Part shown: positions 27,406 through 33,339 of the stretch, piece after piece | How the letters are laid out: the number at the start of each line of letters is the position of its first letter | Position numbering within the stretch: position 1 is the stretch's first letter | NCBI GenBank assembly: GCA_017936025.1 | Contig: JAGBGL010000017.1 | Location: 1-33,339 of the forward strand | DNA: 33,339 nt | DNA from: Bacillota bacterium | GTDB lineage: Bacteria; Bacillota; Clostridia; Peptostreptococcales; Anaerovoracaceae | Direction of reading: 5' to 3' | Position numbers and translations under genes: made by a program | The notes under the pieces: model-generated | The model's database searches: none | Told to the model about the DNA's origin: nothing | The model's input: the letters and a program-made list of their open reading frames with translations, nothing else

Positions 27406-28797
27406 ATGTCTGAGAAATCACAAGTAAAAGCTCAGAACAGCGGTGCTATTGAGCAGTTCGGGTATGAACAGGAACTGCATAGAACGCTGAAGCTGAGACA
27501 CGTAGTACTGTACGGTGTGTTATTCATGGTACTGATCGCACCACAGTCCATCTTCGGTGAAATCCAGGTTGCATCCCACGGTATGACACCACTGGTTTAC
27601 ATCGTAGGCTTTATTGCTATTTCCTTTACAGCTCTGTCCTACTACAGAATGTCCGCAAGATTCCCAATCGCGGGTTCCGTTTATGCGTATGTACAGAGAG
27701 GTATCAACCCTCACGTAGGGTTCATCGCTGGATGGCTGATCCTGATGGACTACCTGTTCGTACCATCTCTGCTGTACGTAATGGTAGCTAACTGGGGTGT
27801 TGAACTGATTCCTGGATCCCCATGGTATCTGTGGATCGTAGTATTCCTGATCTTCAACACATTCGTTAACATCAGAGGTATCCACCTGACAGCTAACGTT
27901 GACTGGGTTATCTTCGTTGTAGAAATTCTGTCCCTGATCGCATTCATCTACCTGGGATTCAAATATGTCCTGAACGGCGGCGGATATGGTCACCTGGCAG
28001 TTGAACCACTGTGGACAAAAGGTGAAGTAGACGCTCACTTCGTAGCTACTGCTGTATCCATTGCTTGTCTGTCCTTCCTGGGATTTGACGGTATGTCTAC
28101 TCTGGCAGAAGAAACAGAACATCCTGAAAAGAATATCGGTAAAGGTATCATCATTGCACTGTGTGCTATCGTAGGCGTATTCGTACTGCAGTGCTACGTA
28201 GCAGCTCTGATCCAGCCAGACTGGGCAAACACAGACATGGCTACTGGATTCTTTGATTCCGCAGAACTGGCTGGCGGTCCTGTATTCAGAAAGATCCTGC
28301 TGGTTGTTAACATCGTAGCTATCGGTATTGCTAATATCATGAACGCACAGACAGCAACAGCTCGTATGCTGTACGGTATGGGCCGTGACGGAGTAATTCC
28401 TAAGATCTTCGGTAAAGTACATCCTAAGTACAAGACACCATATGCTTCCGCTATCTTCGTAGGCGCTGGCTCCCTGATCATCGTACTGGTTCTGAGCATG
28501 TCTCAGCTGGTTAGACTGGTTAACTTCGGTGCACTGTCTTCCTTCGTACTGCTGAACTTCGCAGTATTCTGGTTCTTCTTTGTAAAAGAAAAGAGAAGAG
28601 CAAAATTCGGCGAAATCGTTGCTTACTTTATCTGCCCATGGTGCGGTATCCTGATCCTGGGCTACGTATTCACTGGATTCGACGCTATGACTTACGTTGT
28701 AGGTATCGTATGGCTGATCATCGGTCTGATCATCGGTGCTATCAAATCCAAGGGATATAAAGAAGTTCCTGATGCGTTCAAGAATCTGGAAGTATAA
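27406..28797 (+). CDS. APC-family amino acid/polyamine permease (PuuP-like)
   Basis: 463 aa with about 12 TM segments. The N-terminus is APC-like (LKLRHVVLYGVLFMVLIAPQSIFG). RBS is GAGGAGA. Confidence 0.85.
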   Translation: MSEKSQVKAQNSGAIEQFGYEQELHRTLKLRHVVLYGVLFMVLIAPQSIFGEIQVASHGMTPLVYIVGFIAISFTALSYYRMSARFPIAGSVYAYVQRGINPHVGFIAGWLILMDYLFVPSLLYVMVANWGVELIPGSPWYLWIVVFLIFNTFVNIRGIHLTANVDWVIFVVEILSLIAFIYLGFKYVLNGGGYGHLAVEPLWTKGEVDAHFVATAVSIACLSFLGFDGMSTLAEETEHPEKNIGKGIIIALCAIVGVFVLQCYVAALIQPDWANTDMATGFFDSAELAGGPVFRKILLVVNIVAIGIANIMNAQTATARMLYGMGRDGVIPKIFGKVHPKYKTPYASAIFVGAGSLIIVLVLSMSQLVRLVNFGALSSFVLLNFAVFWFFFVKEKRRAKFGEIVAYFICPWCGILILGYVFTGFDAMTYVVGIVWLIIGLIIGAIKSKGYKEVPDAFKNLEV

Positions 28798-28885
28798 TTG
28801 AAGCTAGACTCTTGTTTTCTATAATTAAAATGCACACGGCGAAAGAGCATGTATTGAGTTACATACTCTTTTGCTGTATCCGGAT

Positions 28886-28922
28886 AAAAAAACGCCTTTG
28901 CAGATTGTACCCTGCAAAGGCG
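28886..28922 (-). terminator. lgt terminator
   Basis: On the minus strand CGCCTTTGCAG-GGTACAAT-CTGCAAAGGCG is followed by TTTTTTT. Confidence 0.7.
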
Positions 28923-28947
28923 ATCTGGTTTCTGATACATTAAATTG

Positions 28948-29697
28948 TTATCTCAGGTTTGCTTTGCTGCGTTTGGCGAGCAGTACATATGCTGCTGCGC
29001 AGATTATGATCAGTGTTATACTCAGCACCTGTGCCTGCTTGAACGGACCGATCATAAGGGAGTCGGTACGGAGGGCTTCTACAAAGAAACGTTCTGCTGA
29101 GTAGAGCATGCCGTATAGCAGGATGATCTGCCCCTCGAATTTCCGGTGATTATCCTTCCACAGGAGGAAGATGAACAGCAGCATGCACCAGATGGATTCG
29201 TACAGGAATGTCGGGTGGCATGGCACACCGTCTATAATGACTGCCCACGGAAGATCGGTCGGTCCGCCGTGCGCTTCGGAGTTGAAATAGTTGCCCCATC
29301 TGCCGATGGACTGTGCCAGAGCGATGGAAGGGATGACCAGATCAAGTATGTTCAGCGGTCTGATTTTCCAGATCATGCAGAGGATTACCGCTGCACCGAG
29401 ACCGAACAGCAGTCCTCCGTGGATGGCAAGGCCGCCCGAACGGATGTCGATGATTCTGTGGAAGTCGCCTGCATAGTAACTCCAGTTGAAAATCACGTAA
29501 TAAAGACGTGCGCCGACGATACCGGCAGGAATGCAGACGAGGACGTAATCCAGAACTTTGTCTGATTCTATGCTATGGAGGGGTGCACGTTTATATGTTA
29601 TGAAAGTAGCCAGCAGCATACCGATACAGATCAGTATACCATACCACATGATGTCTATTCCGAACACTGTGAAAGCTACAGGATTTGGTACGGGCAT
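28948..29697 (-). CDS. lgt: Phosphatidylglycerol-prolipoprotein diacylglyceryl transferase
   Basis: The start is set at ATG 29697 (MPVPNPVAF) after AAAGGTG. Motifs seen: HGGLLFG and IGRWGNYFNSE. Confidence 0.9.
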   Translation of the reverse strand: MPVPNPVAFTVFGIDIMWYGILICIGMLLATFITYKRAPLHSIESDKVLDYVLVCIPAGIVGARLYYVIFNWSYYAGDFHRIIDIRSGGLAIHGGLLFGLGAAVILCMIWKIRPLNILDLVIPSIALAQSIGRWGNYFNSEAHGGPTDLPWAVIIDGVPCHPTFLYESIWCMLLFIFLLWKDNHRKFEGQIILLYGMLYSAERFFVEALRTDSLMIGPFKQAQVLSITLIIICAAAYVLLAKRSKANLR

Positions 29698-29785
29698 GTA
29701 TAACACCTTTTTAACCTTTCGTTTTGTTACTCTTTATGATAACAAAAAATGCTTAAAAAATATATATGTGTGGTAGAATTGATGC

Positions 29786-30487
29786 ATGAAATATGAAAAT
29801 GTTATCAATGGAAAATTTATAAAAAGACCAAACAGGTTTATTGCGGAAGTAATTGTAGACGGATCTGTGCAGAAAGCTCATGTAAAAAATACAGGCAGGC
29901 TGAAGGAGCTGCTTTATGAGGGCGCAGAGGTTTATCTTGAAGATCACACGGGACGTATGGGAAGCCGTAAGATGCGTTATTCACTGATTGGAGTGCGGAA
30001 AGGCGGATGCGATGTAAATATAGATTCGCAGGCGCCGAACCGTGTTGTGAAGGAAGCTCTTCTGGACGGTTCAATAAAACTGCCGGGAATGAGTGAGCTT
30101 ACTTCTGTAAAGGGTGAGCATAAATTCGGTGATTCGAGGCTTGATTTTTATGTGGAAGATGCAGATGGAAAAAGAGGCCTGATCGAAGTCAAAGGCGTAA
30201 CTCTGGAAGTGGATGGAGCTGCCAGATTCCCGGATGCACCGACAGAACGGGGAATAAAACATATCAATGAACTGGCCGGTGCCATAGACAAGGCATACAG
30301 TGTGTATGTCATATTTGTCATCCAGATGAAGGGTGTGGACCGTTTTGAGCCGAATGATGATACGCACAAAGCTTTCGGAGATGCATTACGTGCTGCAAAA
30401 CTCTGCGGTGTCAACATACTTGCGTATGACTGCGAAGTTGCGGCGGATTCACTGAGGATCGATGATTCGATTCCTGTTTGCTTATAA
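29786..30487 (+). CDS. sfsA: Sugar fermentation stimulation protein A (SfsA, PD-(D/E)xK-like DNA-binding protein)
   Basis: 233 aa. The N-terminal region contains RPNRFIAEV...HVKNTGRLKELL, which is typical of SfsA. Confidence 0.85.
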   Translation: MKYENVINGKFIKRPNRFIAEVIVDGSVQKAHVKNTGRLKELLYEGAEVYLEDHTGRMGSRKMRYSLIGVRKGGCDVNIDSQAPNRVVKEALLDGSIKLPGMSELTSVKGEHKFGDSRLDFYVEDADGKRGLIEVKGVTLEVDGAARFPDAPTERGIKHINELAGAIDKAYSVYVIFVIQMKGVDRFEPNDDTHKAFGDALRAAKLCGVNILAYDCEVAADSLRIDDSIPVCL

Positions 30488-30504
30488 TTAAATAAATAAT
30501 ATAG

Positions 30505-30543
30505 ACCCTGTTCGGAGGAATACCTGCCGGACAGGGTTTTTTT
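30505..30543 (+). terminator. sfsA terminator
   Basis: ACCCTGT...ACAGGGT hairpin followed by TTTTTTT. Confidence 0.7.
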
Positions 30544-30684
30544 GCGTTTTTCATGGCGCCCAGTCACAGGAAAACGATAATTGGGTGGTGTGGATGAAAA
30601 ACACACAATATATAGTGGTTTTGCGCTGCGCAGGCGAAACAAAAGCGCAAAAGGTAGTTAAAAAAACGGGTCAGGGGGAGCGAA

Positions 30685-30727
30685 GTGGTGTAAAGGGGTT
30701 GAACTGTGGTGTAAAGTGGAGTAAAAT
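30685..30727 (+). promoter_or_regulatory. dcw-cluster promoter overlapped by an MraZ-box-like direct repeat array
   Basis: The promoter reads TTGAAC (30699-30704), a 17-nt spacer, then TAAAAT (30722-30727). The direct repeats are GTGGTGTAAAG at 30685, GTGGTGTAAAG at 30706 and GTGGAGTAAAA at 30716. They are spaced 21 and 10 bp apart. Confidence 0.5.
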
Positions 30728-30758
30728 GCTGTTATACTGACAATAGGAGGGGTCTATC

Positions 30759-31193
30759 ATGCTGGTAGGTAAGTATCAAAACTCAATAGATGCCAAAAGC
30801 AGAATGATAATCCCTGCTAAATTCCGTGATGAATTGGGCGGAAAGTGTGTTGTCAGCAAGGCTTTGGATAAATGTCTTGAGATACATCCGACCTGGGAAT
30901 GGGAAGAATTCGTAAACGGGAAACTCAGAACGCTTTCTTCATTTGATCCGAAGGCAAGACAGTTATCCAGATATTTCTCATCAAGTGCCGTAGAATGCGA
31001 GATCGACAAACAGGGTCGTCTCACACTGCCTCAGGAACTCCGGGAATATGCCGGCATCGAAAAGGAACTGGTTACAGTAGGTGCCCTGCAGAAAATCGAA
31101 GTCTGGAGCAAGGCTATGTGGGAAAAATATGAGTCTGAAGAAGAAATGAGCGCCAGCGAAATAGCTGCGTGTATGGTGGATTATGGATTTTAA
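30759..31193 (+). CDS. mraZ: Transcriptional regulator MraZ
   Basis: 144 aa with two SpoVT/AbrB-like halves carrying DxxxR motifs ([10 protein letters not shown] and [10 protein letters not shown]). Confidence 0.9.
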   Translation: MLVGKYQNSIDAKSRMIIPAKFRDELGGKCVVSKALDKCLEIHPTWEWEEFVNGKLRTLSSFDPKARQLSRYFSSSAVECEIDKQGRLTLPQELREYAGIEKELVTVGALQKIEVWSKAMWEKYESEEEMSASEIAACMVDYGF

Positions 31194-32121
31194 ACATGTT
31201 TCGGTACTGTATGATGAGTGCATAGAAAATTTGAATATTGATCCGGACGGCATTTATGTCGATGGAACACTGGGCGGCGGCGGACATGCTTCGGGTATAT
31301 GCGCAAGACTGAGCGAAAAGGGGACGCTGATCGGCATAGACCGCGATAGAGATGCGCTGAATGCTGCACAGAAACGGCTCGAACCATATCCTTGCAATAA
31401 GATCTTTGTGCAGAGTAATTACTCTGATATAAAGGATGTACTTGATCAATTGGGGATAGATGAAATAGATGGAGCGCTGCTTGATCTTGGAGTATCTTCT
31501 TTCCAGCTGGACAACGGTGAAAGAGGGTTCTCATATATGCAGGATGCTCCGCTGGATATGAGAATGAGTCAGGATGATTCTTTTACTGCATGGGATGTTG
31601 TAAACACTTATTCAGAAAAAGAACTTGTGAACATAATAAAAACCTACGGTGAAGAGAAATGGGCTTCCAGAATAGGTAAGTTTATAGTCCAGGCGCGGGC
31701 TGAAGCTCCTGTTGAAACAACAGGACAGCTGGTTGAGATTATCAAAGCAGCTATACCGGCTTCGGCCAGAAGAGACGGTCCGCACCCGGCAAAACGCAGC
31801 TTCCAGGCTATAAGGATCGAGGTAAATGATGAACTCGGTCAGCTGGAAAGAGCGGTTGAAGAATTTTGTGATGTGCTTGCAGACAAAGGCAGACTGTGCA
31901 TCATCACATTCCACTCGCTGGAGGACAGAATTGTAAAGAATCTGTTCAACAAGAGGGCAAATCCATGTACATGCCCTAAAGAATTCCCGGTATGTGTATG
32001 CGGAAAAGTGGCAGATATTAAGAAAGTGACGGGTAAACCTATCATTCCTTCGGAAGAGGAACTGGAAGTGAACCCGAGATCGCGGAGTGCAAAACTCAGA
32101 GTAGCAGAAAAAAAGAGGTAA
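31183..32121 (+). CDS. rsmH: 16S rRNA (cytosine1402-N4)-methyltransferase
   Basis: 312 aa. Motifs seen: [15 protein letters not shown] and [10 protein letters not shown]. It overlaps the mraZ end by 11 nt. Confidence 0.92.
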   Translation: MDFKHVSVLYDECIENLNIDPDGIYVDGTLGGGGHASGICARLSEKGTLIGIDRDRDALNAAQKRLEPYPCNKIFVQSNYSDIKDVLDQLGIDEIDGALLDLGVSSFQLDNGERGFSYMQDAPLDMRMSQDDSFTAWDVVNTYSEKELVNIIKTYGEEKWASRIGKFIVQARAEAPVETTGQLVEIIKAAIPASARRDGPHPAKRSFQAIRIEVNDELGQLERAVEEFCDVLADKGRLCIITFHSLEDRIVKNLFNKRANPCTCPKEFPVCVCGKVADIKKVTGKPIIPSEEELEVNPRSRSAKLRVAEKKR

Positions 32122-32124
32122 GAA

Positions 32125-32556
32125 ATGATAGCAGCAGAACAGTGGTATCAGCATCAGGAAAATTATCAGAAATACGGCCTTGACATGAAGCCGAGAACGG
32201 AAAGAAAAAAACCTGTGCCACAGAAGAGAGTCTTTACAGGAAAAGACAAAATGCGTTTTTTAGCATTGATCGTGGTGATGGGTGTTATTTGCGTGGGAAT
32301 GATAATTACTACTGCATTTGCTGCAAGTATACAGTATAATACAAATACACTGATTAAAGAAAACCATGTCATCCAGACAGAAATCGAAAATCTGGAAGTA
32401 AAACTCCATGCTGCTACTAACGTAGAAGCACTGGAAACAAAAGCTGTAGCACAGGGTATGGTTTACCCTGCAGCAGGTCAGGTTGTTCATCTTTCTGCAG
32501 GAGGAGAAACTCCTGACGGATTCGCACAGATGATGAAGAATCAGGCATATAATTAA
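32125..32556 (+). CDS. ftsL: Cell division protein FtsL-like (single-pass membrane, coiled-coil)
   Basis: 143 aa with one TM helix (FLALIVVMGVICVGMIITTAFAA) followed by a heptad-like segment. It holds the canonical position between rsmH and the PBP gene. Sequence conservation in this family is weak. Confidence 0.6.
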   Translation: MIAAEQWYQHQENYQKYGLDMKPRTERKKPVPQKRVFTGKDKMRFLALIVVMGVICVGMIITTAFAASIQYNTNTLIKENHVIQTEIENLEVKLHAATNVEALETKAVAQGMVYPAAGQVVHLSAGGETPDGFAQMMKNQAYN

Positions 32557-32602
32557 TGCAGCGAAATAGTATTAATTGATAATAATTTCATAATGAAAAA
32601 GT

Positions 32603-32647
32603 ACCAGACAATTTAATCAGGAAAGTGGAGGTTGTCTGGCTTTTTTG
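32603..32647 (+). terminator. Terminator-like hairpin between ftsL and the PBP gene
   Basis: CCAGACAA, a 20-nt loop, then TTGTCTGG, followed by CTTTTTTG. Confidence 0.45.
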
Positions 32648-32663
32648 TTACAGGGGAAAAAGT

Positions 32664-33339
32664 ATGAAACCACAAATTCAGAGCAAGAGAAGATTAATTA
32701 TAGCCTTCAGTATACTTTTTGTATGTCTGGCTGTTTTGTGCCTGCGTCTCGGATGGATCCAGATCGTAAAAGGCGATGAGTACAGCCGTATGGCGACTGA
32801 ACAGCAGACGAGAGATGTTCCGATAGAAGCAAAGCGCGGTGTCATTTATGATACAAACGGCAATGAACTGGCCATCAGCGCGACATGCTACTCAGTATGG
32901 GCGCGTCCTTCAAATATTGCTGTCGGTAAAAATGACGTTGAAAAAGAAAGAAATATCGATAAAACAGCAAAACAACTTGCGGAAGTGCTGGGTAAAGACA
33001 AAGATGAGATCAGAGAGATAGTCACTAAGGAACAGGCACTTATAAAAGTAGATAAATATCTGGATAAAGACACTGCCGACAAGGTGCGTGAACTGGAACT
33101 TTCCGGCATAGAAATCGCAGAGGATGTTAAGCGATACTATCCTTCCGGTGCATTTCTGGCACATACACTGGGCAGTGTAACGGATGACAACACAGGACTT
33201 TCCGGGATCGAGCTGGAATATAATCAGTATTTGTCAGGTGTCGAAGGCAGATGGATCAAAGATACAGATATTTCCGGAAACACACTGACTTACGGTAAGG
33301 AGACATATTATCAGGCTGAAGATGGCCTGGGACTCGTGC
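32664..33339 (+). CDS. Class B penicillin-binding protein (FtsI/PBP2B-like), 3'-truncated by the window end
   Basis: This open frame is not in the ORF track because there is no stop in the window. It begins MKPQIQSKRRLIIAFSILFVCLAVLCLRLGWIQIVKGDEY (TM anchor). The PBP dimerisation-domain signature follows (EAKRGVIYDTNGNELA, RYYPSGAFLAHTLG, GLSGIELEYN). Confidence 0.85.
   Translation, partial: MKPQIQSKRRLIIAFSILFVCLAVLCLRLGWIQIVKGDEYSRMATEQQTRDVPIEAKRGVIYDTNGNELAISATCYSVWARPSNIAVGKNDVEKERNIDKTAKQLAEVLGKDKDEIREIVTKEQALIKVDKYLDKDTADKVRELELSGIEIAEDVKRYYPSGAFLAHTLGSVTDDNTGLSGIELEYNQYLSGVEGRWIKDTDISGNTLTYGKETYYQAEDGLGLV

Noticed and set aside
27520-28422. 300-aa minus-strand ORF antisense to the APC permease, together with similar antisense ORFs at 11604-12446, 12895-13602, 19602-20216 and 20226-20765
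   Set aside because: All lie fully within sense genes that have clear family motifs. These are typical antisense open frames in genes that lack stop-complement codons.
28871-29565. Plus-strand ORFs 28871-29104, 29146-29565 and 29291-29476 opposite lgt
   Set aside because: They are antisense to a clear Lgt gene and have no RBS.
1-33339. Window-wide scan for CRISPR arrays, tRNA or rRNA genes, IS elements, integrases and known defence genes
   Set aside because: No spaced direct-repeat arrays were found. No intergenic region is long enough or shaped like a tRNA or rRNA. No transposase or recombinase-like ORF is present. The only defence-adjacent element is the ParE-type TA pair.

Overview
This 33.3-kb window looks like a Firmicutes/Clostridia chromosome (Lachnospiraceae-like codon usage and gene order; the taxon is not verifiable here). 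It is dominated by tightly packed housekeeping operons. In order:

- hypF-hypC-hypD-hypE ([NiFe]-hydrogenase maturation).
- A DDAH-like guanidino-modifying enzyme with an ArcD-like APC antiporter.
- pyrC, divergent from a long pyrK-pyrD-pyrF-pyrE-pyrB-pyrI operon. This operon continues, by overlapping stop/start codons, into an MBL-fold hydrolase and an untracked 52-aa membrane micro-ORF.
- A lipoprotein.
- A small AT-rich ParE/RelE toxin-antitoxin module (the antitoxin is absent from the ORF track).
- deoC.
- metF, a stand-alone MetH activation domain, and a truncated metH.
- marR plus a MATE efflux gene.
- A 179-aa protein of unknown function with an internal duplication.
- ychF.
- lysR, two tandem acetamidase/formamidase paralogs and an APC permease.
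- lgt and sfsA.
- The start of the dcw cluster: mraZ-rsmH-ftsL and a 3'-truncated PBP, which is also absent from the ORF track because it runs off the window.

I saw no rRNA, tRNA, CRISPR array, transposase, integrase or recognisable defence system, so I cannot honestly point to a clear novel multi-gene system. The observations most worth a second look are:

1. A perfect 29-bp inverted repeat brackets the whole ychF cassette. Its left arm is a decayed inverted copy of the ychF 3' end.
2. The pyr operon leader has a consensus promoter and a U-rich 32-codon leader ORF whose stop codon sits in the apical loop of an intrinsic terminator. This is E. coli pyrBI-like geometry rather than an obvious PyrR box.
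3. The LysR / twin short amidase / APC permease locus.
4. The DDAH-like enzyme paired with an antiporter.

All family calls come from motif recognition by eye. No searches were run.
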